Virus record (IMG/VR): IMGVR_UViG_3300014202_000591
Source of the DNA: a virus
Length of the DNA stretch: 64,000 bases
Direction: 5' to 3' (one strand)
Under the pieces are notes generated by a model. That model was not told where the DNA came from. It searched no databases and saw nothing but the letters and a program-made list of their open reading frames with translations. Positions 28,475-37,476 of this stretch are shown piece after piece. Every line of letters starts with the position of its first letter. The stretch's first letter is position 1. The position numbers were made by a program, and so were the translations under genes.

Positions 28475-28819
28475 TTATCGTTTGCGGTGATGCTTTTTCT
28501 GCGATTCGGTTTTTACGGGTTCCGGTTCGGATTCGGCTTCCGCGTCCGGTTCCTGATCTTCCTGCTCTCGCTCCGGTTCTACAAAGACTTGCGGCTCCGG
28601 TTCGAGTGCCGCCGGCGCTTCAATTACTGGTTCCGGTGACGCAAGCAATCCATATCGCTCCGCCACTGCGCGCGGCAAGGTGCAGCCCTTAGCAACCAAC
28701 TGCGTCAGCTTGTTCGGGTCTTTCTCGCCAACCACGTTGCCGTGCTTGTCAAGAAAGACGAACCGATCCGCTACCCAATCGCTTGCGCTCGGCGGCTCTG
28801 GTTTGATGATTGTCACCAT
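28475..28819 (-). CDS. Hypothetical Glu/Pro-rich protein
   Basis: GGAGG RBS; EPEP-rich tail. Confidence 0.6.
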   Translation of the reverse strand: MVTIIKPEPPSASDWVADRFVFLDKHGNVVGEKDPNKLTQLVAKGCTLPRAVAERYGLLASPEPVIEAPAALEPEPQVFVEPEREQEDQEPDAEAESEPEPVKTESQKKHHRKR

Positions 28820-28826
28820 CTGCCTC

Positions 28827-30137
28827 CTATGTGGTTCCGGTGAAACGAAGCAAATACACCGGCACAGTTACCGCACCCGCCAGCGTGCCAGTTGCGGCGG
28901 CGCGAATCAGCAGCCGGTCGCCCGCAACCACCGCCAGATCAGCCGCAGTAGCGGTCAGTGTTAGGCTTCGTTTCGTATTGGCCGATAGCGCCGTTCCGCC
29001 CGTTGCTTTGGTTGTGTTGGCGTCAGTGGCGGCCAACATCGCCGTCGAACCCGCGCCGCCTTGCCCCAGGTTAGTGATTGTCCAGGTAATGTAGTTGGAG
29101 TCGTGCGCCGCCAGCGATGCCAGTGAGGAAAAATCCACGCTATCAAGCGTGCCTGTTTCCGGGACAATCACATAGTTATCCGTATTGCTGGTCGTGGCGA
29201 TGGAGGCGCTGACGACATGGACATGCTTCCGCTTCGCCGCCCCGGTCAGAAGCGTTCGGCTGAATGCGTTTGCTGAGCCGTCGCGCCGTGCGCCCTCTGC
29301 TGGATCAAGATAGGCCATAAGAAAACCTCAAGAGTAAAGCGGCGTCACGTACACGCCGAAAGTGAATGATTCATTGCCCGAAGTTGTGGCCGCAACCACC
29401 ACCCATTTGACGCGCCAAAGATTGCCCACCGGCCCTTGCTTCACGCCTGCCGCCAGTGCAGCGTCTTCCGTGGCGTGAACCGCTGCCGTCGGGGTCATCA
29501 GCGCCACCCAATGCGCGAAGTGATCAACCGGCTCCGTCGCATTGCCGACAACTTGCGTGAAGTGGACAAAATCCGTGAAGGTGGTGCCACCATCAACAGA
29601 GTGCTGAATATAAACGTCCAGCGTATCTCCGGCCTCTGTTGCAGCCGCCGTGACGTTCAGGTGAAACGCGGCCCCGGCCAGCCAATTGTTGAGCGTTGAC
29701 CGGACTTGCGTTGCCGTACTGGTGCCGCTTGCTGTCCGCGCGGCGGCTGCTAAGAGTTCCATTGATCACCCCGTTTATACCGCTGTCCAAGTCCCGATGT
29801 AGGAATTCACATTCCAATCACCGGCAACCACGCACTGAATTTCCACGCTTTCACCAACTGCGTCGGCGACGATATACGCCCCGGCGGAAGACTGCGCGCC
29901 GGTGGATGGCAGGGCAATGGTTTCCGTTCCGTTCGGGTCAATGCGCAATTGCTGCGCCGCGCCAACGTGGAACCGATACCACTGGCCAACCGTGGCGGCG
30001 GGCAACGAAAAGACGACCGCACCGCTTGCGCCTGCCGTAGTAAAGGTTTTTCCGTTGTCCGTCTCGGCAACAACGGTATAGTCGGCGGTTTTCGCCTCGA
30101 TGGGCCGCAGTTCCCGGCCATTCAAAGTTGCAGACAT
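28827..30137 (-). CDS. Three small virion-accessory/decoration genes (28827-29318, 29328-29762, 29775-30137)
   Basis: Ala/Thr-rich beta proteins directly after the capsid gene; AKTADYTVV...VVFSLPAATVG motif in the first transcribed. Confidence 0.6.
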
Positions 30138-30200
30138 GATCTTTCTCCTATTGATGGGCGCAGCCGCAGCCGCGCCCGGTTATTCACTTTGAACGACCGA

Positions 30201-31511
30201 TTAGGCGGTCAGGTCGCACTTGACGAACGCTTTCGGACGAATCAGCGCGAACGCGGCGCGATATTCAGCCAGAATGGCAACCAGGTTCCGAATGAAGAAA
30301 TCGGAATGGCTATTGCTCATGCTGACGACTGTTTGCATCCGCTCCCACAGCACCGCCAGTCGCCAATCAGCGACCACAGTGTAGCCTTCGGTCATCGCCT
30401 CGGACTCAACCACCGGCAAGCCCCACAAGGTTGGATTGCCCATTTGCGCTGGTCCGCCGTAGTAGTAGCGGTTTTCGTTGTCCTGGAGCAGGTCAATCGC
30501 TTCCCAGTCGTTCGGGTGCATCACAAACGCCGTGGCGCGAGCGCGTCCCGTGACGCGGACTTTCGTGCGCCCCTTGCGGGTCGTGGTCAGCACGTCGGTT
30601 GCGTAAGCTTGTGAAGTGATACCGGTTGCATTCAGCACGCCGCTAAAGTTCTGGCCGGAGCCGGAACCGGCAATCATCTGATCTTCCAACTCTTCCTCGA
30701 TGCCGTAGCGCAGGAATTCATCAATGTAGGTGCGAAGCTGTGCAGCATCGGCCATTGCCTGATTCGTCACCGGCAACCAGTGGGGAATTGTGCGGACTGG
30801 CGCGGTTACAGCCTCAAATGCCATGGCGCTTTCGGGCTTCGCGCCGGTTCCATCCGCTGCGCCAGTTGCTTCCGCTGTTGGCGCTGCCGCATTGGTCACA
30901 CTGGTTTCGCGTGCAAACTCCACCGTGTCGGAATTCGTCTGTCCGATGGTGATCAGGTCGCGAATCGTTAGCGGGCGGGCGTAGCTGAAATCCACAATCG
31001 GCTTGCGGTCAATTGGAACCAGTGCGCCGCCGGAGGTTGAGGACGGCGCCGACCAGCCGGAAGCACCCGTCACCAAGGTTTTGATCGAATTCCCGAACAT
31101 GCTCTTCAGCGCGATGCGGGGCGAATCAAAGCGACCCGACGGAGAAAACCCGCCGGTCGTAATGCTCTTCAGCCAGGAGTCAAAAGTCGGATCGGAAAGC
31201 AATTCCTCGCCGATACTCTTGAATTGCCCGTCTTGATTCTCGCTCCCCTTGATGCCGGAGAATGGCAGCGGATTGGACGCCGTGCGCGTCGCCTTTACGC
31301 GTTCACCGTTGCCATTGCGAATATCGGCAAGCGTCTTCAGTTCAGATGCTTGCTTCTCCAGTTCTTCGATTTCTTTGTTGAGCGTTTTGATGGTTTCGAT
31401 TTCAACGGCGGTATTTTCGCCGCCGCGTGTATCGCCATCGTCAAACAGTTGATTGACCTGATTGCTCTTGGTGGCAATTTCGGCCAGCAGTTCTTGCAGT
31501 TTTTTAGCCAT
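30201..31511 (-). CDS. Major capsid protein, HK97 fold
   Basis: N-terminal coiled-coil delta domain; GGALVP...VRTIPHWLPVTNQAMADAAQLRTYIDEFLRYGIEEELEDQMIAGSG. Confidence 0.95.
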   Translation of the reverse strand: MAKKLQELLAEIATKSNQVNQLFDDGDTRGGENTAVEIETIKTLNKEIEELEKQASELKTLADIRNGNGERVKATRTASNPLPFSGIKGSENQDGQFKSIGEELLSDPTFDSWLKSITTGGFSPSGRFDSPRIALKSMFGNSIKTLVTGASGWSAPSSTSGGALVPIDRKPIVDFSYARPLTIRDLITIGQTNSDTVEFARETSVTNAAAPTAEATGAADGTGAKPESAMAFEAVTAPVRTIPHWLPVTNQAMADAAQLRTYIDEFLRYGIEEELEDQMIAGSGSGQNFSGVLNATGITSQAYATDVLTTTRKGRTKVRVTGRARATAFVMHPNDWEAIDLLQDNENRYYYGGPAQMGNPTLWGLPVVESEAMTEGYTVVADWRLAVLWERMQTVVSMSNSHSDFFIRNLVAILAEYRAAFALIRPKAFVKCDLTA

Positions 31512-32907
31512 TTGCGCTTACTCCTAATTGTCTGGCGCGCCATTGATTGCGCAGGAATGCGGTTTGAGCCGCGCGCTTCTGTGATTCGCTGGCCATCGGC
31601 TGAGATTCATCAAGCAAAGCTTTCATGTCAGCGCCTACCGCCAGCACTTGCTCCGCCATTGCCATCAGCCGGGCGCGATTCTTTTCGCTCAGAACGCGGC
31701 CCGCTTTAACGCGCTTTTCGTGATTACCGCGAAAGCGCGCAACAACACTCTTCAGGCCGGATACCAGCAAGTCGGAGTGGTCTTCTAAGTCGAGTTGAAC
31801 ATTTGAAAGCAGGTCTTTTGACGGTTCCGTCAACGCCTTCAGGTAAAAATCATCATCGCCGCCATCAGCCATCCAATCGGCGATTTGACCGAGCGCATGC
31901 TTGAGCAGAAGCGCGGTGTATTCGTTCGTCGCTTCTGTCATCTTCGCTTCCAGGTCGAATTCCACGCCGGCCATTTTTGCGGCAGATGCTGCATTGGCGA
32001 GCTTCTTCACGATGCGGCTGTAGATGGACTCCAATTCCCAGCGGCTTGGCGTGGCCTCTGCCAGCGCCTCTTCAAACATGCCCTTGATCGTTTGCAGGTG
32101 GTCGTATCTAACCTTGGCTTTCAGCGAATGGAAATCCACATCCAGCACGCGCGCAAAGGCGCGCAGCTTGGCATCGGCGGGCTTGGTGTCAGCCCCGGAT
32201 AGAATCGCCTCAACAGCCTTGACTTGAACTCCGGCTTCGCGCGCCATGTTCTGAATGATCACCGCGCGCGGGTGGCCATCGTCTACGATGTCGGCGATGT
32301 GCTGGTTCAGCTTCGCGGCCAGTGCGCCGGTTTGAAGCATACTTGTGGGTTCTGGCTCTTCGTCGCCTTCGACTACCGAAACGAATTTAATGGCATCCAG
32401 GCTTTTTATCGTAATCGCCCGGTTTTGCGGTTCGCATGGCGTCGGCGTCATGCTCGCCTCACCAATAGGCCAACGGATAATTTGTCCGCCTTCGTCCTTT
32501 TTCACCAGATGGCCAACTGCGCCGGAACTCCAACCGATCTTGCCTGCCTTCACCAGTCCAAACACGGCTTTTTCGTATTCGTCCGCCATGTCCAGCACGG
32601 TTTCAGCGAATACGCCCACCGCGTCGCGCCTGGTCTTCACTGGCGCGAAGACGTGATCACGCAGCGCCTCGATTTCAGTCTGTGCGGCTTTGGTCAACTT
32701 TGCTTTGATAGGCAGCGCCTGACCGTGATGAAAAATCGTGTCCACGCCGTCGCCATCGCGTGAGCCGAGAAATGTGTTGCTGGTGAAGTACTCACCGCTG
32801 AGGTCTTTCTGTGCGCCATCGTCAGAGAATCGCACCAGATACCCGCCGACTTTGCCGTTGTCGTCCAGCGCCTTAATCGAATCGCCAAAGTAGATCAATG
32901 AATCCAT
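31504..32907 (-). CDS. Prohead protease with internal XRE-type HTH domain
   Basis: GYLVRF...KDLSGEYF, IFHHG, GWSSGA and EASMTPTPCEP protease motifs; internal MAREAGVQVKAVEAILSG..KP....LRAFARVLDV; C-terminal KAGRVLSEKNRARL. Confidence 0.85.
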   Translation of the reverse strand: MDSLIYFGDSIKALDDNGKVGGYLVRFSDDGAQKDLSGEYFTSNTFLGSRDGDGVDTIFHHGQALPIKAKLTKAAQTEIEALRDHVFAPVKTRRDAVGVFAETVLDMADEYEKAVFGLVKAGKIGWSSGAVGHLVKKDEGGQIIRWPIGEASMTPTPCEPQNRAITIKSLDAIKFVSVVEGDEEPEPTSMLQTGALAAKLNQHIADIVDDGHPRAVIIQNMAREAGVQVKAVEAILSGADTKPADAKLRAFARVLDVDFHSLKAKVRYDHLQTIKGMFEEALAEATPSRWELESIYSRIVKKLANAASAAKMAGVEFDLEAKMTEATNEYTALLLKHALGQIADWMADGGDDDFYLKALTEPSKDLLSNVQLDLEDHSDLLVSGLKSVVARFRGNHEKRVKAGRVLSEKNRARLMAMAEQVLAVGADMKALLDESQPMASESQKRAAQTAFLRNQWRARQLGVSANG

Positions 32908-32923
32908 TGTGCGTCCCCAAATA

Positions 32924-32974
32924 GAAAAAGCGCCGCGAGAAAACGACTCCCGAAGGAATCTTTCTCGCGGCGCT
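32924..32974 (-). terminator. Long hairpin with C(UUCG)G loop followed by a U-tract, in the 5' UTR of the protease gene
   Basis: Perfect 14-bp inverted repeat AGCGCCGCGAGAAA (32929-32942 / 32961-32974); inner TCC-TTCG-GGA; TTTTTCT then GGGGA RBS and ATG. Confidence 0.65.
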
Positions 32975-33033
32975 CAACTCGCAAATTGCCCACAAAAACG
33001 GGCAGCTAGATTGTAAATCCGTCCGAAGCGAAA

Positions 33034-33267
33034 TTATGCCACAACTAGCCCAGAAATTGCATTAACCTTTTTCGCTTGACTTTGATGCGGGTACCAGACG
33101 GAAAGTTTCCCGCACACTGGGCAATAGGGCTTGGTTCGGTCGCGAAACTCCAGTAGCAATTCCTGACCGCCGATAATCACGGCAATCAATAGGCGCACGC
33201 CGTCTGTGCTGCCCAGTTCGGTGGGGCAGTGGCGGCAGTGGAATTTTGAATGGGGAGAAGATTGCAT
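33034..33267 (-). CDS. Zinc-ribbon protein (Mu Com-like)
   Basis: CRHC...CPVC; lies between portal and protease genes. Confidence 0.6.
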   Translation of the reverse strand: MQSSPHSKFHCRHCPTELGSTDGVRLLIAVIIGGQELLLEFRDRTKPYCPVCGKLSVWYPHQSQAKKVNAISGLVVA

Positions 33268-33483
33268 TTACTCAGCGTCCAAACGTTCGAGAAAGTTCTT
33301 TGGCGGCGGCGGACAAAGCCCCATCCGCGACCGCGCCAAGCACTCGTAATAGTATCGCCGCGCCTCCCTCTTCCTTTCCGCCTCCCATTTCTTGTTGCCA
33401 ACGCGAACGGTAATCCACAGGACAATGCAGAAGGCAACGATTACGGCCAATAGAATTAGTAAGTGGCTGACTTCCGTGCTCAA
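33268..33483 (-). CDS. Small membrane protein
   Basis: One hydrophobic helix followed by a basic tail. Confidence 0.55.
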   Translation of the reverse strand: MSTEVSHLLILLAVIVAFCIVLWITVRVGNKKWEAERKREARRYYYECLARSRMGLCPPPPKNFLERLDAE

Positions 33484-34862
33484 TTCATCGCCTCCTCTTT
33501 CGCCCTTCCATTTACCAACTGCGCCGGCATCTCCTCCGCGCCCAATTGCAACGGCGGTTGCGGTTGCGGTTCCGGTTCCGGCTCCAACTCCTTCTGCTCT
33601 TCCGCGCTCAGCACAAAATAAACATCATCTTCCGGTGACGAATCCAAGCCCAGCGCCTCGCGCACCTCCGACCGTTTCTTCACGCCCTTTTCATACGCCA
33701 GGGTTTCGCGCGTGAATAGCGCGCCCCGATCCTCCTGAAGCGCCGCAATCTCGCTTAGATCAAAATCAAATCGCTGATTCGGCTTCAGCCCAAAATCCGG
33801 CCCAAGCTGATGCGTCAGTTCGTCTTCAATGTAGGACCACAGTGGGCGCACGTAGGTCTGAATACTGCGCGCATCGGCAGAGGTGACGTTGTTGTACGTG
33901 CTGCTGGCGTCTGCTACGCCAAAGCCAAGCGTTTCTTTTGCGATGCCAATCACGGAAGCGAAGCGCGATTCGGGCAGATGGCGGAGCATTTTCAAATCCA
34001 TCTCAGACGGTGAAAACCCCACCTTCGTCAACTCAACCGCATTGCCACTGACGAACACTTTGCCGCGCTGGTCGCCGGACGTTGCGGCGAGGTATTTGGC
34101 TTTGATTTCTGCGGGATTAAAGTCCACGCCGCTCTGTCCGTCCTTCAGCGATAGCACTACCGGTGGCGCGCCGCCTGCCTTCAACAGCAACCAATGGTAA
34201 AGCGGCACTTCGTTATCGGCGCAGATTTCGCGCAGCACGCTCGCCACCGGGGAAAGCCCGGTGCGTCCTTGCGTTTTAGGATCGAGTCCATTGCGGAAGT
34301 GAATGATGTCGTCAGGGTCAATTTCCACAACCCGCCCATCGGGGCGGTATTCGTAATGGCTGATAAATTCGCTTCCGTCTTCCGGCCAGATTGGCTTGAT
34401 CATATCCGACGGCACATACCAGAGTTGCAAGACCTGCCCCAGCCCGTTCCGCAGTTTATAAAAATACACATCGCCGGGCGTGATCCATCCCAGCGCAAAG
34501 CCCTTCCACAGATTCGCGCCGCCATAGTAGGGATTGGGGCGCTTGAGCAGTTCAATCGCCGGATGGCCAGGGACGGGCTTTTCTTTGCCGTCTTTGTCTG
34601 CCTCGACGATCTGAAGCGGCGCATCCGGCAGCACGCGCCCCAGCCAATTCACCGCCGCCATGACCAGTGATGATTGCACCAGGTCGCCCGCTTCCTGGGT
34701 GAAATTCACGCTGGAATTGTTGAAGTAGCCGGAAAACCAGTTAAATGCGGACCAGCTTTGACCGCTGCTCCCACCTGCGCCGGTGAAGCGCAGGGCGGCT
34801 TTGACGGCGGTGTAGGCGCGGCGGAGGATGTTGGGTTGGTTGGTTGTGATTGAATTGTTCAT
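33480..34862 (-). CDS. Portal protein (HK97/lambda family)
   Basis: HPAIELLKRPNPY, GDVYFYKLRN, IIHFRNGLDP...GLSP, GFSPSEMD motifs; follows the terminase. Confidence 0.93.
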   Translation of the reverse strand: MNNSITTNQPNILRRAYTAVKAALRFTGAGGSSGQSWSAFNWFSGYFNNSSVNFTQEAGDLVQSSLVMAAVNWLGRVLPDAPLQIVEADKDGKEKPVPGHPAIELLKRPNPYYGGANLWKGFALGWITPGDVYFYKLRNGLGQVLQLWYVPSDMIKPIWPEDGSEFISHYEYRPDGRVVEIDPDDIIHFRNGLDPKTQGRTGLSPVASVLREICADNEVPLYHWLLLKAGGAPPVVLSLKDGQSGVDFNPAEIKAKYLAATSGDQRGKVFVSGNAVELTKVGFSPSEMDLKMLRHLPESRFASVIGIAKETLGFGVADASSTYNNVTSADARSIQTYVRPLWSYIEDELTHQLGPDFGLKPNQRFDFDLSEIAALQEDRGALFTRETLAYEKGVKKRSEVREALGLDSSPEDDVYFVLSAEEQKELEPEPEPQPQPPLQLGAEEMPAQLVNGRAKEEAMN

Positions 34863-34868
34863 AGTTTT

Positions 34869-36314
34869 CTAGGCCACGCTCCACTTTTTACGCGGTGTCA
34901 TCACTCGATACCTCGCCTCATCTCCAATATGATCTTCCGCCTTCGTATCCACATCGTCGCGCCTATTCTGATCGCGCGGCAACACCGGAACCGTGCGAAT
35001 AAACTGCGCACACTGCTCAAACACGAACAGCCCCGGCTGCTCCAACGGCAGCGGATTGCCGTTGGCATCGCGCGCGGGAATAGACGCCTTGAGATATTTC
35101 CGCATTCGCTCCCATCCGGTCTTTCGACTGCCTGGCGACTTATCCGCCGCTGTCCATTTCACGCCGAACTTGGCCATATCGTCTGCAATGCAGACGCCGT
35201 TTTCCGCGTCGAAAATAGACGAATCCGCCGGGCCGGGCTTCACCGTGATGCCCATCTTCGCTTCGCGCTCCTTAATGCCCTTGGCAATCTCTGTTGCCAG
35301 CATCTTCAACCCCTCGTTTGGTCGCCCGTTCCATCCGTACCACTCATTGATCCGAAACAACGTGCCGGGCGGATAATGCTTGCCATTGGGCGCAGCCGTG
35401 CCGTCTGATTCCGCCCACCAGCCAACCGAGAACGGCGCACTGCTACCCCAGTCAAAAGAGCGGTCAATTGCCCAACTGGCTGGAATCGCAAAGGGCTTGA
35501 TAACGTGAACATCGCGCCGCCAGATGTCATCGAACATGCCACCGGCCACGATGTCCCAATCTCCATCCAGCATCGCCCGAACCAGCGCTTCATCTCCCAA
35601 CCCTTCCAATTTCCCCGCATAGTCGTCCGCGTCCACGCTTGGATTATCCGCCAGTAGTGCCCGAACATATTGACGCTGCATGCCGCCTTCGGCGTTGGGC
35701 ATTTCCTGAATTGAGCCTTCCGGCCCGCAATCAACAAAATCCGCCTTTACCCAGTTGTGGCCAATGTCGCCGGGGTTTGTGCCATTCAGTGCGCGGGGGA
35801 ACAGGCCCGCAAATTTCGGCGGAATCACCAACCCGCCAAGCCGCATGCGGCTTCTCAGAAAGCGGTACATCTTGGCCGTGAACTGCGTAAGCTCATCAAT
35901 CATCAGGACGTGAATTTCCGGCCCTTTGTACTTGTAAACGTCCTTTTCGTGCTGACAGTGACAGAGAAAAATCGTGCTACCGTTCCAAAATCGAATCGTG
36001 TGACTGCTGTGATTGATCGAAACCAGCTTGGCGTTCACCCACTCGGAAAGCAGTTCAGGAAAACTTGACGGGCCTTCCATGTGATTCTTGTACAGTTCGT
36101 CAAAGTGTCGCCGGAAGATATAGATTTGCAGCCCTGGAACCTGGCATGCCCACAGAATCGCCGCCACGCGCATCAGGTGCGATTTACCGCCACCGGCTGC
36201 GCCGCCATAGAGGATTTCTGTCGCACGGCTGAACAGCGCGAAACGCTGCTTTTTGTGCAAGTAGAAATCAAGCGTTAGCGGCTTAATCTGTTTTTGATTC
36301 GCTAGCGTAGACAT
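34869..36314 (-). CDS. terL: Terminase large subunit
   Basis: Walker A YGGAAGGGKS, Walker B VLMIDELTQF, GTNPG coupling motif, nuclease RSFDWGSSAPF and DHIGDEARY. Confidence 0.95.
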   Translation of the reverse strand: MSTLANQKQIKPLTLDFYLHKKQRFALFSRATEILYGGAAGGGKSHLMRVAAILWACQVPGLQIYIFRRHFDELYKNHMEGPSSFPELLSEWVNAKLVSINHSSHTIRFWNGSTIFLCHCQHEKDVYKYKGPEIHVLMIDELTQFTAKMYRFLRSRMRLGGLVIPPKFAGLFPRALNGTNPGDIGHNWVKADFVDCGPEGSIQEMPNAEGGMQRQYVRALLADNPSVDADDYAGKLEGLGDEALVRAMLDGDWDIVAGGMFDDIWRRDVHVIKPFAIPASWAIDRSFDWGSSAPFSVGWWAESDGTAAPNGKHYPPGTLFRINEWYGWNGRPNEGLKMLATEIAKGIKEREAKMGITVKPGPADSSIFDAENGVCIADDMAKFGVKWTAADKSPGSRKTGWERMRKYLKASIPARDANGNPLPLEQPGLFVFEQCAQFIRTVPVLPRDQNRRDDVDTKAEDHIGDEARYRVMTPRKKWSVA

Positions 36315-36780
36315 TTATTGTCGGCACCACTTGCAGCGGCTTCCCGTCGCTTGTTAAGTCCTTCTTCTCCGTCCACTGCTTATCCAAAATCGCCATATAT
36401 TTCACGCCTTCGCGTATTTCTTTCTTCAGTCCTGCAATCGCCCGCACCACGTTCGATAAATCGCTTACTGTCAGCCCCTCTTTGATCTTCCCAATGCAGT
36501 CTTCAATCAGCGATTCGGTCTGCATTACCTCTTTTTCAATCAGGTCAATCTTCCTCTCCAGCGTCCGGTAGCCTGTTTCAATCCCCGCCGCCCGCTTCTC
36601 ATCCGCACGCTTCCGCCGCTCCACTCCCGCCGCCGTCATGTAGTAGGCGAACTGCGCCGCCGTGGGGTTGAACGGCGCGCTGAACTTGGCCGCCAGCGCC
36701 TTAGCTGCGGTCAAATCTGTCATTTCGCCGCCCACTGCCCATTGATGCATGGCGGCGCGTTGGTCAGGATTTAACTTCAT
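36283..36780 (-). CDS. Putative terminase small subunit
   Basis: Helical 165-aa ORF directly upstream of terL; C-terminal KKDLTSDGKPL motif typical of TerS. Confidence 0.65.
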   Translation of the reverse strand: MKLNPDQRAAMHQWAVGGEMTDLTAAKALAAKFSAPFNPTAAQFAYYMTAAGVERRKRADEKRAAGIETGYRTLERKIDLIEKEVMQTESLIEDCIGKIKEGLTVSDLSNVVRAIAGLKKEIREGVKYMAILDKQWTEKKDLTSDGKPLQVVPTINVYASESKTD

Positions 36781-36901
36781 TCCTCACTGCTACCCACTAA
36801 TTCCAAAAACACCGCCGCCAACTCCTCATTCCCCCACCGCGCGTGCAGTTCCGCCAGGATTGTCCAGCGTTCGCGGTTACTCAGCGTGTAAATCTCGTTG
36901 C

Positions 36902-37291
36902 TCATTTCCCCCTGTCCTTCTTCACCGGCTCCAGTTTCTTTCCGTCCGCACTCACCAGACACTCCTTGCACTCGTGCGCCGCCTGCAACTTCCCCAGCCA
37001 TTCCCGCGCCTCCGTCCGCACCAATCGCAGCGCCAGCCAAGCCGATTGATAGCGCGCATGCACGGCGATGGAATCCGGGCCGGGTTGGGTGTTGAGCAGG
37101 TCGTTGGTGGATTGGGTGAGCGTGTCGGCGCGCTGCTTTTCGGCGGCGAGCAGGTTGGCCCATTGTTGTTGCTCTTCAACTGTCAAGGAATTCTTGACGG
37201 TTGGTGATTGCGCCAACGCAGTCAGCGCCAGGGCGAACAGTGCGAGGAGGATTGCAAGTTTTTGATTTGTATTCATCGTCTTGACTTTCAT
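36902..37291 (-). CDS. Secreted/membrane coiled-coil protein (signal peptide)
   Basis: MNTNQKLAILLALFALALTALA|Q; start at 37291 or 37276. Confidence 0.6.
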   Translation of the reverse strand: MKVKTMNTNQKLAILLALFALALTALAQSPTVKNSLTVEEQQQWANLLAAEKQRADTLTQSTNDLLNTQPGPDSIAVHARYQSAWLALRLVRTEAREWLGKLQAAHECKECLVSADGKKLEPVKKDRGK

Positions 37292-37318
37292 ATTTTCGGG
37301 GCGATAGTTTTCGCTCGC

Positions 37319-37474
37319 ATGATTCAGTTTGCCTATGTCACTTCTGTGCTTCTCAGCCTGTCTTGCGGCGGCAGCGCCGCGTTCTACCTGATCAATGGCG
37401 ACCGTCAAAAATACCGATTGGCCACTGCGCTGTGCTTGCTGTTTGGGCTTCTCAGCTTTGTCCTGCGGCATTAG
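37319..37474 (+). CDS. Small two-TM protein (antisense moron)
   Basis: MIQFAYVTSVLLSLSCGGSAAFYLINGDRQKYRLATALCLLFGLLSFVLRH. Confidence 0.45.
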   Translation: MIQFAYVTSVLLSLSCGGSAAFYLINGDRQKYRLATALCLLFGLLSFVLRH

Positions 37475-37476
37475 TC

